From NCBI GenBank assembly GCA_051894015.1, contig JBJFHV010000527.1:1-24424 (forward strand): a stretch of 24,424 bases of DNA. Reading direction: 5' to 3'. Origin of the DNA: Acutalibacteraceae bacterium. GTDB taxonomy: Bacteria; Bacillota; Clostridia; Oscillospirales; Acutalibacteraceae. Shown here one piece after another: positions 16,843 through 24,424 of the stretch. Numbering within the stretch: position 1 is the first letter of the stretch; every line of letters starts with the position of its first letter. The position numbers were made by a program, and so were the translations under genes. The notes beneath the pieces were generated by a model. It saw only the letters and a list, made by a program, of their open reading frames with translations, did no database searches and had not been told where the DNA came from.

Positions 16843-17006
16843 AGGGATCCGCTGAATCCATCACAGTGCACGCTTTATGCACAGTTTACTTGCATATTTC
16901 CGCCATACAGCACAAAGCCCGTTTCAGATCCGACAGAATTCCTGCGCGGCTTTTGTATAATAATCTGACGGCGTAATCTGTACATCAGGTTGAATCAGTG
17001 TTCCCT
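16843..17006 (-). ncRNA. Candidate rod-shaped ncRNA with a central bubble (6S-like)
   Basis: Colinear nested helices read by eye, with G-U pairs favouring the minus strand and a terminator downstream. No promoter found. Confidence 0.3.
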
Positions 17007-18091
17007 TAGGCCCGCATATAAATCTCACGGTCAATAAACTCCTCGGTAAAGCGGTCGAGGGCACCGAAATCCATCGCTTCGGTATAGAAGCTTTCCAGCC
17101 TGTCGTGTGTTTTTTTCGCTTTCGATAACAGTTCGATACTTTCTTTTGTCAGTTCATCGGCCGTTTTCGTTCCGAAGGCAAGACGATTCTTTCGGTCCTT
17201 GAGAACATTGGTAGTGATAAATCTTCTTGCATGAATGAGCCGGTCGAACGGCACGGCAATTTCATGACTGCTCTTGACGGTCAAAAGTGCAAGACTCAGT
17301 TTCGGAATGATGATATGCTCAAACTCGTCGGGCTTCATCGGGCACGGACAGGCGATCACGTCATAGCCGTTTTTCGACGCGGTTTGGGCAATCCGTTCGG
17401 TAAGAATCCCCGAAACGGCACCGTATTCGTCCACAAGGCCGATCACTCTTGAGGCAAGAGCGGTGACGGTTTCATCGAAAAATACGATTCCGTCGGGCGT
17501 GATACCGGATAAGAACCGCCGGCTGATTTTCCCGATCCCTGCGCCCTTGATCCGCGGCGCCTCCCGGGCACAGAATCTTTGGGCGAAGCTTTCCGCTTTG
17601 GCTTCGTCAACGCTTGTTTGTACGATTCTTCTTGTGTCTTCGCTGATTGCGCCGGCTGCGCTGAGATATTGGGTTGATCGGCGGTGGAAAATCGAATTTT
17701 CAATCGAAACCGAGCGAATGAGATCGGCTTTTTCAAAAAGCTTTTCTCTGTCCCAGAATTGCCCGAGATTGATGATGTTTTCCGAAGCACCGGGAAAAAC
17801 CGGCTCGAGTACATGCGGCGCCGTTCCGTCGGCAAGACAAAGACCGAGCTTGGGAATGATCACGCCGTCAAGACTTCCCGGGTCACTGCTGCAATAGATC
17901 CGTTCGGTGTCAAGCGCCAAAGCTTCTGCGGCCTTGGCGACTTTTTTCATAAAAGATGATTTTCCCGTTCCCGGTCCGCCTTTGATAATATACATACGAC
18001 TGTCACGGTACGGATTGTAAAGCTCACTGAAGAGGGAGTGAAACCCGTTTGGTGTATTGGCGCCTAAAAAGCTTTTTATGTGTTTGCTCAT
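17006..18091 (-). CDS. P-loop NTPase (PRK06851-like family)
   Basis: FLGANTPNGF, IIKGGPGTGKS (Walker A), CSSDPGSLDG, DGTAPH. RBS GGGGG before ATG 18091. Confidence 0.8.
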   Translation of the reverse strand: MSKHIKSFLGANTPNGFHSLFSELYNPYRDSRMYIIKGGPGTGKSSFMKKVAKAAEALALDTERIYCSSDPGSLDGVIIPKLGLCLADGTAPHVLEPVFPGASENIINLGQFWDREKLFEKADLIRSVSIENSIFHRRSTQYLSAAGAISEDTRRIVQTSVDEAKAESFAQRFCAREAPRIKGAGIGKISRRFLSGITPDGIVFFDETVTALASRVIGLVDEYGAVSGILTERIAQTASKNGYDVIACPCPMKPDEFEHIIIPKLSLALLTVKSSHEIAVPFDRLIHARRFITTNVLKDRKNRLAFGTKTADELTKESIELLSKAKKTHDRLESFYTEAMDFGALDRFTEEFIDREIYMRA

Positions 18092-18187
18092 ATGATACCC
18101 CCGTAAAAAACGTTCTGTTTTGATTTTCATTTCATTCTATTCACAATGGAAAAGAAACGACACAAAAAACTTGTTTGCAAGCCGCGG

Positions 18188-18228
18188 AAATAAAAAAAGG
18201 CCGGCGCACGTTCCTTTATGCACCAGCC
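18188..18228 (-). terminator. Intrinsic terminator
   Basis: Minus strand GGCTGGTGCA-loop-TGCGCCGGCC followed by T7. Confidence 0.85.
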
Positions 18229-18265
18229 GTTTTTATTCGTATTTTTGATTGTTTTCTTGACCGCT

Positions 18266-19435
18266 TTATGACGATGAATCATCACCGCTGAGGTCACCGA
18301 GCTTGCCGAGCCATGACAGATTGAAGTAGCTGTAGTTCTTCGGAATTTCAAAAGTTGAATCGGGAACATCGGACGTAATTCTGTTGATGAAAGTCGAGAA
18401 TTCCTGACCCTCGGTATCAATCGAGTCGATTCTTACAAGGGTATCGCCGCTGAAATAGTATTTCATGGTACTGCCGTCTTTTGCTTTGTAGCTTTCACAG
18501 GTGAGCTTCTGACCGTTGATGGTAACATCCGTAACAGTGATATTTTTCGAGTTGAGGTCAGAATCTCCGATGCCTGACATCATGTTTACTTCGTCCATAT
18601 TCATGGATTCACCGAACATATCCTCGGGAAGCTTGCTGTACTTCTTGACGTTATCAATAAGAAGGTACGTCGTATCCTTGCTCTTGATGTAAAGAATTTT
18701 GCATTTGATTTCGCCCATGGTTGCATCCATGATAAAATTGCCGTTCTTTGTGGCAAAAGTAATAGGAGCGTCGCCCATTTCGGGATCGTTGGTGGTAAAT
18801 TCCATCAGATAGGTGTTTGACATAAACAGTTCCTTGTATTTTGCGATTTTATATTCGCTGTTACCGGTTTGATTGCCGGAAGAACTGTTTGTTGTATTTT
18901 GCTGGCCCTGCTGAGTATTGGTGCTGCCTTGCTGAGCGTTGGTAGTGCCCTGCTGAGCGCCGGTTGCGCCCTGCTGAGCGTTGGTAGAACCCTGCTGAGC
19001 GTTGGTGCCGCCTTGCTGCGTATTGGTGCTGCTTTGCTGACCCTGAGAACCGGTATTACTCTGATTCGGCTCGGTTACGACCTGACCGCTGAATTGGTTC
19101 TCGACGACCGTGTCGTTAATCACGGGACCTTTGCTGTTTTGCGGAAGCTGGTTGATATCGACCTGGTCATTGATCTGCGTAACGGTCTCACCGGGCGTTC
19201 CGTCTGCATTGGTGTGAGCCGCATACCGGTCACCGTTTTTATCCGTAACAACGACCATGGTTTCTCCGTCGTCTCCCTTTACAACGCCGTATGCCGTTCC
19301 GTTTGCGTCGGTTACGGTCGGAATAAAGACGGTCGGCTTTTCGCCTCCGGTAAAAAGAAAGACGCATAAAGCACTGACCACAACGACAATAAAAATCAAA
19401 AGACCGAGACAAATCCGCTTTATGATTTTTTTCAT
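18266..19435 (-). CDS. Membrane-anchored extracytoplasmic protein with a Q/G/T/N heptad linker and a beta-rich C-terminal domain
   Basis: GGAGG RBS before MKKIIKRICL, N-terminal TM segment, QQGxTNA repeats. Confidence 0.8.
   Translation of the reverse strand: MKKIIKRICLGLLIFIVVVVSALCVFLFTGGEKPTVFIPTVTDANGTAYGVVKGDDGETMVVVTDKNGDRYAAHTNADGTPGETVTQINDQVDINQLPQNSKGPVINDTVVENQFSGQVVTEPNQSNTGSQGQQSSTNTQQGGTNAQQGSTNAQQGATGAQQGTTNAQQGSTNTQQGQQNTTNSSSGNQTGNSEYKIAKYKELFMSNTYLMEFTTNDPEMGDAPITFATKNGNFIMDATMGEIKCKILYIKSKDTTYLLIDNVKKYSKLPEDMFGESMNMDEVNMMSGIGDSDLNSKNITVTDVTINGQKLTCESYKAKDGSTMKYYFSGDTLVRIDSIDTEGQEFSTFINRITSDVPDSTFEIPKNYSYFNLSWLGKLGDLSGDDSSS
18905..19030. repeat. Six 21-bp tandem coding repeats
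   Basis: GCC(C/T)TGCTGAGCGTTGGT... x6, encoding QQGSTNA-like heptads on the minus strand. Confidence 0.9.
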
Positions 19436-19539
19436 ATTTGTTTCCTCCGTATTTATTGATTTATTAAACAATACACCCTTATTTTAATGCTGATGATTTC
19501 GTATTGTAAATTAAGTGTAAACCCGAACTTAGCCGAAGC

Positions 19540-20346
19540 TTAAAGTCTCTTTAAAACCGGCTCAAATTCACGAATGTCCGCTTTCTCGATCATACCTTTG
19601 TCGGCAAGCGCCGGTGTTTCGGGATGGATCGGCAGTGTTGCAAGAAGCTCCAGTCCGTTTTCGGCGGCAACCTTCTGGATATCGCTCTTTCCGAAGATAT
19701 AATGACGGCTCTTGCAGTCGGGACATTCGAAATAGCTCATGTTTTCGATGACACCTACGATCGGTACGTTCATCATCTTTGCCATGTTGACGGCCTTGGC
19801 AACGATCATCGAAACAAGATCCTGCGCCGTTGTGACAACGATGATACCGTCCACCTTCAGGCTTTGGAAAACCGTAAGCGGAACATCGCCGGTTCCCGGA
19901 GGCATATCAACGAACATATAGTCAACATCGCCCCATTTTACGTCGGTGAAAAACTGCTGGATCACGCCGCTGATAACCGGACCTCTCCAGACAACGGGCT
20001 GTTCGTCGTTTTCAAGAAGAAGATTGACCGACATAACCTTGATTCCCGTTTCGGTTACGGCGGGATTGAGCATGTTATTGTCTGCGGTGGCCTTATCCCG
20101 GATCCCGAACATCTTCGGAACAGACGGTCCCGTTACGTCGGCGTCGAGCACGGCAACCTTTTTGCCGCTTTTTTGCATCGCCGAGGCGAGCATACAAGTA
20201 ACGGAAGATTTTCCGACGCCGCCTTTGCCGCTGATGACGGCGTAAATCTTTTTAATGTTGCTGAAATCGTTTTGTTTTAACGTTAAATCTCTGTCCTTGC
20301 AATCCGAAGAAGAGCAGGACGAGCAATTACCCGAGCATTCACTCAT
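19540..20346 (-). CDS. mrp: Mrp/Nbp35/ApbC Fe-S cluster carrier ATPase
   Basis: N-terminal CxxxCxxC cluster, SGKGGVGKS, DADVTGPS, WRGP, DMPPGTGD, ENMS..CPDC. Confidence 0.95.
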   Translation of the reverse strand: MSECSGNCSSCSSSDCKDRDLTLKQNDFSNIKKIYAVISGKGGVGKSSVTCMLASAMQKSGKKVAVLDADVTGPSVPKMFGIRDKATADNNMLNPAVTETGIKVMSVNLLLENDEQPVVWRGPVISGVIQQFFTDVKWGDVDYMFVDMPPGTGDVPLTVFQSLKVDGIIVVTTAQDLVSMIVAKAVNMAKMMNVPIVGVIENMSYFECPDCKSRHYIFGKSDIQKVAAENGLELLATLPIHPETPALADKGMIEKADIREFEPVLKRL

Positions 20347-20506
20347 TATTTGATCACCTTACTGCGTATATGCACGCTGAATTTATTTCGTCGGCTAAAA
20401 AAGGCATACCGACTTAACATAATATAAATACAATAATATAAAACGACCTTAAAGTCAAATGAAAAAGCAAAAAATTCTTAAAAAAATCAAAAATATTTTC
20501 CTTTGG

Positions 20507-20535
20507 TTGACAACTTCTTTTACAGATGGTAAAAT
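20507..20535 (+). promoter_or_regulatory. sigmaA promoter P1 of the tRNA locus
   Basis: TTGACA-N17-TAAAAT with an extended TG. Confidence 0.8.
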
Positions 20536-20552
20536 TAAACAGAAATCAGCTC

Positions 20553-20581
20553 TTGACTTTACCCTTGATGAATGTTAGAAT
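20553..20581 (+). promoter_or_regulatory. sigmaA promoter P2 of the tRNA locus
   Basis: TTGACT-N17-TAGAAT with an extended TG; tandem promoters are typical of stable-RNA genes. Confidence 0.8.
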
Positions 20582-20721
20582 CATCGGGCAGTGTGACTGC
20601 TTTAGCGAAATGGCAAAGCGAACACAGCGACGAATCATTAGAATTTGCAAACTTCCTGTCTTAGAAAAGCCGACTTTGCGGGGAGAGACTTTCCGACGGT
20701 ACAGTGTAAACCCGCGACCGT

Positions 20722-20749
20722 CACTATTCACTATTCATTATTCATTATT
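20722..20749 (+). repeat. 4 x 7-bp tandem repeat CA(C/T)TATT
   Basis: cactatt cactatt cattatt cattatt. Confidence 0.85.
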
Positions 20750-20757
20750 TTATATCC

Positions 20758-20841
20758 GCCTCCTTAGTTAAATGGATATAAGAACCTGACGCTTTGCGTC
20801 AGAACCTTGTTGTTCGCTTGGCTCACAATAATAAACCCCTC
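20758..20841 (+). pseudogene. Interrupted copy of tRNA-Arg nt 1-34 with a 46-bp insertion
   Basis: 20758-20781 equals tRNA nt 1-24 and 20828-20841 equals nt 21-34. ATAA is duplicated around the insert 20782-20827. Confidence 0.85.
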
Positions 20842-20870
20842 ATTTTATTGATACTATCAATGTAATTTAT

Positions 20871-20945
20871 GCCTCCTTAGTTAAATGGATATAATAAACC
20901 CCTCCTAAGGGTTAGTTGTGGGTTCGATTCCCGCAGGGGGTGCCA
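20871..20945 (+). tRNA. tRNA-Arg, anticodon CCT
   Basis: Acceptor GCCTCCT/AGGGGGT, anticodon arm AACCC-CTCCTAA-GGGTT, T arm GTGGG-TTCGATT-CCCGC, encoded CCA. Confidence 0.95.
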
Positions 20946-20955
20946 AAAGAAGGTG

Positions 20956-20994
20956 CCGTGAAGCCTTATGTCATAAGGCTTCACGGATTTTTTT
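20956..20994 (+). terminator. tRNA terminator
   Basis: Perfect 14-bp stem CCGTGAAGCCTTAT/ATAAGGCTTCACGG followed by a T run. Confidence 0.85.
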
Positions 20995-21147
20995 CATTTT
21001 TCCGAGTCACTCCACAAATTCTGAAAAACACCCACTCAGCTAATGAAAACAGTCCTCCGGCTAATTTCGTGTTTTGCCCCCTCATCAAATTCTGCTGATT
21101 TTATAGGCGGTTGTTATGATGTTAATACAATCATTTTCTTTCCTTTC

Positions 21148-21423
21148 AAGAACGGTCATTCTCGTATGGATATGTTTGCCGAGGTTTACAGTCACATCAT
21201 TGATGAGGACAGAAGATTTAATGCTCAGAAATTTGAAGAACAATTCTATCAAACAAAGGAAATCCGAAATGTTGATGAAGGACAAACTGTTCCTATGCCG
21301 TCTTTCTCATCAGCAACAGAGCTAAAAAAGAACGAGGCTTCTGAAACAGAAGAACCGGTTACTGAACTTCTTAACAATCCGGAGTCTTTATCATTACTGA
21401 AAGCAATAGCAAATAAACTGTGA
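21148..21423 (+). pseudogene. C-terminal remnant of a tyrosine recombinase/integrase
   Basis: GHS...VYSHIIDEDRRFNAQKFEEQFY keeps the final catalytic His and Tyr region typical of clostridial ICE/phage integrases. The rest of the gene is missing. Confidence 0.75.
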
Positions 21424-21431
21424 TGAAGGAG

Positions 21432-21465
21432 ATACCGACTGTCGTTTTGGCAGCCGGTATTTTTT
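21432..21465 (+). terminator. Intrinsic terminator
   Basis: ATACCGACTGTC-loop-GGCAGCCGGTAT followed by a T run. Confidence 0.75.
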
Positions 21466-21512
21466 ATAAGTTGTTGAGTTTTTCGATCTGTGCTTGATTT
21501 TCAGAAAACCTA

Positions 21513-21541
21513 TTTACAGGCGCATACAATCAAGGTATAAT
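21513..21541 (+). promoter_or_regulatory. sigmaA promoter
   Basis: TTTACA-N17-TATAAT. Confidence 0.7.
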
Positions 21542-21589
21542 TGCGGTGTACACGAAACCATCGCCGCAAATAAAAGGGAGAGTGTTTGT

Positions 21590-24424
21590 ATGAAAAAAAG
21601 AAAGCTCACACCAAGTATTATTTTGTCACTTCTTATTTCCTTTTCTTTCCTTTTCATCTGCCCGGCTTCGGCAGTCGATACGATCGACATTGAAAAAATG
21701 ACAACGGAAAGAATTGAGCAAATAAGAAACACCGAAAACACGGACACGAGCGCTGTCACCGGCACGGTCTATTATGTTTCTCAAACGAACGGCGATGACG
21801 GCAATGACGGAAAATCTCCTTCATCTGCGTGGAAAACGCTCAAAAAAGTTGCGCAGTACAGTTTTTCAGACGGAGACGCCGTGCTGTTCGAACGCGGCGG
21901 AATTTACCGCGGTCATTATTTTACCAACCAAAGCCTTCTTTTCGGAAGCTACGGCAGCGGAAGCAAGCCGAGACTCTACGGTTCTGTCAATGCTACAGAA
22001 AGCGGAACCTGGCGGTTGGCGGCTGAAAACATTTGGTGCTATTCAGAGGACACCTATTACGACATCGGTAACATTGTGTTTGATGCCGACCGGGACAACC
22101 TGAACGCCGTATACGGTCACAAGGTTCTGACTGATTCGAGTACGGTATATGACGACACGAATATTTCACAGCTTCTTACCGAGGATCTTCAGTTTTATTC
22201 GGTTGGCTTTGCCGCTTCATTCAAAAATACTGCAACAAAGCTGTATCTGTATTCTTCCGTCAATCCGAATGAGCGGTTTTCACAGATTGAGCTTTGTGAG
22301 GACAGCTCCATCATAACCGCCCGCAGGAATAATACGGTTATTGATAATATTGAATTCCGGTACACCGGAGCACACGGCGTCAACAGCGGCGATATTGACG
22401 GCTTCACCGTGACAAACTGCGAATTTGCCTGGATCGGCGGAGGAATTCAGTCTTACAATAATGGTTCGCCTGTCCGTTTCGGAAACGCCGTTGAGGTTTA
22501 CGGAACATCAAAAAACTATACCGTTAATAACAACTACATCTGGCAGGTGTACGATGCCGGAATCACGCCGCAAATTACAAAAGATACCGCATCTGTCGGC
22601 GGCCCGATTGCTTTTACAAACAATGTGATTGAATACTGCAATTATTCGGTCGAATTCTGGAATACGTCAAAGGATCCGTCTTCCGTCATTAACGGCTTCC
22701 ATATTGAAAACAACATTATGCGCTTTGCCGGTTACGGTTTTTGTACCGAACGCACAGACAAAAACGGCGCGGCGCATTTCAAGTCATGGCCGAACCGGCA
22801 TCAGGGAATCTATTACGTCAACAAAATGACGGATTTTGTGATCCGCAACAATATCTTTGACGAATGCGACGGACAGATGATGTACCTGTGTACGGATTAT
22901 GCGGACTCTCTTCCGATAATTGAAAACAATACATTTATTCAGTCACAAGGCAAAGGCGGAATCCTTGTCAACATCACGGGTGACGGAAACGAAACAAACC
23001 GACCGCCGTATGTGCCCTCTCTGCTTGGTGAACAGTATCCGGATAATTCGTTTTCATACACCGGCATACAGAACACACAAAGCGGTGTTCTCGAAAATAT
23101 CCGCTGGAATCTTGATCTGACAACCGGACATCTGACCCTGGAGGGAAGCGGAGCGTTACCGGCGGAAACCGAAGGCAGTGCGCCGTGGTATGACTTTGCA
23201 AAGGATATCCGCAAAGTGACGATTGACAGCGGAATTACCGTCATCGGCAGGTATGCCTTTTATGATTGCGTCAATCTCACGGAACTGGTCGCAGACGAAA
23301 ATGCCGCATTTTTGTCGGGAAGTTTTGACGGTGTGAATTGGAAATACTCCCCCGAAACGGCAGAGCTGAATATCTCAGGCGCAGGCGAAGTTCCCGATTT
23401 CGAGAACGGAACAGCACCGTGGTCTTTCCTTTCCAAGGCAGTGAAAACACTGACCGTCGGTGAAAACATCACGAAGCTTGGCAATTATGCTTTTGCCTCG
23501 ATGAGTCATCTCGAAAGAATCAATTTTAATCCGTCAGCCTGTGCGAATCTTGCCAAAGATCCGCAGGATGGCAACAACGGTGCAAACTACACTTTCGCAT
23601 GGTGCGGAACCGATTCGGACGGAATCACGGTTGTTTTCGGTGAAAATGTCAGATCCGTTCCTGCCCATTTGTTCAGACCGTCTGCTGCTGCCGCTGATTC
23701 CCCAAAAGTTACTTCCATATCATTTGCCGGTAACGCCTGCGAAGCATTGGGCGACCATTGTTTCAGAACGCTTGATGATCTTTGCGAAATCACACTTCCG
23801 TCGTTGCTCAAAAAGATCGGAACGTTCGCTTTCGGCAACTGTTCAAAACTCGTTAAAATTACAGTCCCCGAAAGCGTTGACACTTTGGGCGGATACATAT
23901 TCATGAATTGCACGTCCCTCGAGGAAGTTACGCTTCCGTCAGCTGTCACAAGCGCATACACCGTCAACATGTTCGGCAACTGCAAATCGCTGAAAAAAGT
24001 GAATTTACCGGACGGTCTTAAGCGGATTGACGAAAGAATGTTCCACAACTGTCCGAGTCTTGCCGAAATCACCATTCCCGAAACAGTCACGGCAATCAAC
24101 CAATACGCATTCAACGGTTGTAAAGCTCTCGCAGAACTTCATGTTCCGTCAAGCGTCAGTGTAATTGAAGTCTCTGCCTTTGCCGGCTGTTCCGGCCTTT
24201 CCAAAATAACGGTTGAAAACCCGGAATGCGACATCAAAGCGGGATCTATCGGCAGCGGCACAACGATTTACGGTTATACCGGTTCAACGGCAGAAACGTA
24301 TGCGAACGAGAACGACTGCACTTTTGTAAGTCTTGAAGTTCCCCATGAACATATTTATCAATGTGTCAGCCATAAAGACGCATCGTGCACCGAAAAGGGC
24401 TTCAGCCGATATGTCTGCGAAATC
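21590..24424 (+). CDS. Large secreted protein: right-handed beta-helix domain + BspA-type LRRs + start of Cys/His repeats (runs off the window)
   Basis: Manual translation, open for 945 codons: signal peptide MKKRKL...CPASA; YYVSxxxGDDxNDGxSPxxAWKT, GDAVLFERGG and VTNCEFAWIGG; then xIxxxAFxxCxxL LRRs; ends HEHIYQCVSHKDASCTEKG. Confidence 0.85.
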   Translation, partial: MKKRKLTPSIILSLLISFSFLFICPASAVDTIDIEKMTTERIEQIRNTENTDTSAVTGTVYYVSQTNGDDGNDGKSPSSAWKTLKKVAQYSFSDGDAVLFERGGIYRGHYFTNQSLLFGSYGSGSKPRLYGSVNATESGTWRLAAENIWCYSEDTYYDIGNIVFDADRDNLNAVYGHKVLTDSSTVYDDTNISQLLTEDLQFYSVGFAASFKNTATKLYLYSSVNPNERFSQIELCEDSSIITARRNNTVIDNIEFRYTGAHGVNSGDIDGFTVTNCEFAWIGGGIQSYNNGSPVRFGNAVEVYGTSKNYTVNNNYIWQVYDAGITPQITKDTASVGGPIAFTNNVIEYCNYSVEFWNTSKDPSSVINGFHIENNIMRFAGYGFCTERTDKNGAAHFKSWPNRHQGIYYVNKMTDFVIRNNIFDECDGQMMYLCTDYADSLPIIENNTFIQSQGKGGILVNITGDGNETNRPPYVPSLLGEQYPDNSFSYTGIQNTQSGVLENIRWNLDLTTGHLTLEGSGALPAETEGSAPWYDFAKDIRKVTIDSGITVIGRYAFYDCVNLTELVADENAAFLSGSFDGVNWKYSPETAELNISGAGEVPDFENGTAPWSFLSKAVKTLTVGENITKLGNYAFASMSHLERINFNPSACANLAKDPQDGNNGANYTFAWCGTDSDGITVVFGENVRSVPAHLFRPSAAAADSPKVTSISFAGNACEALGDHCFRTLDDLCEITLPSLLKKIGTFAFGNCSKLVKITVPESVDTLGGYIFMNCTSLEEVTLPSAVTSAYTVNMFGNCKSLKKVNLPDGLKRIDERMFHNCPSLAEITIPETVTAINQYAFNGCKALAELHVPSSVSVIEVSAFAGCSGLSKITVENPECDIKAGSIGSGTTIYGYTGSTAETYANENDCTFVSLEVPHEHIYQCVSHKDASCTEKGFSRYVCEI

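Noticed and set aside
18869-19369. 166-aa plus-strand ORF with ALLSVG repeats
   Set aside because: It is the antisense reading of the 21-bp coding repeats.
20526-20771. 81-aa ORF over the tRNA leader
   Set aside because: It overlaps both promoters and the tRNA fragment, and has no RBS or protein-like features.
20758-20945. Intron-containing tRNA-Arg(CCU) (group I introns are known in some bacterial tRNA-Arg CCU genes)
   Set aside because: The downstream copy is complete rather than a 3' exon, the intervening DNA is far too short, and no group I core is visible.
21043-21147. 126-aa intact gene starting at 21043
   Set aside because: The first ~35 codons have no RBS or similarity; only the part from ~21148 resembles an integrase C-terminus.

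Overview
Chromosomal window from a moderate-GC Firmicute, probably a gut Clostridia member of the Oscillospirales type (inferred from sigmaA promoters, AGGAGG RBSs and gene content). Left to right it contains: a minus-strand PI-PLC-like / MBL hydrolase / PfkB kinase operon; a ~350 bp non-coding array of ~75 bp structured repeats between two divergent promoters; two tandem paralogous membrane proteins; galT; a secreted LCAT-like hydrolase with a Cys nucleophile; an SDR; a conserved membrane protein; and a minus-strand run of six genes (GPH sugar symporter, HExxH protein, deoxyinosine glycosylase, HSL esterase, YoaP GNAT, PhlG/phloretin-hydrolase family). These are followed by a 50-aa 72% Gln/Asn micropeptide behind a sigmaG-like promoter (absent from the ORF track), a 6S-like rod, a P-loop ATPase, a repeat-bearing surface protein and Mrp/Nbp35. 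The right end holds a tRNA-Arg(CCT) locus with a long leader, an interrupted 5'-half copy and an integrase scar, then a large secreted beta-helix + LRR protein that runs off the edge. The strongest candidates for something undescribed are the A/B repeat array (2530-2876), the Q/N micropeptide (16527-16679) and the split tRNA copy (20758-20945). All family assignments come from motifs read by eye; no searches were run.
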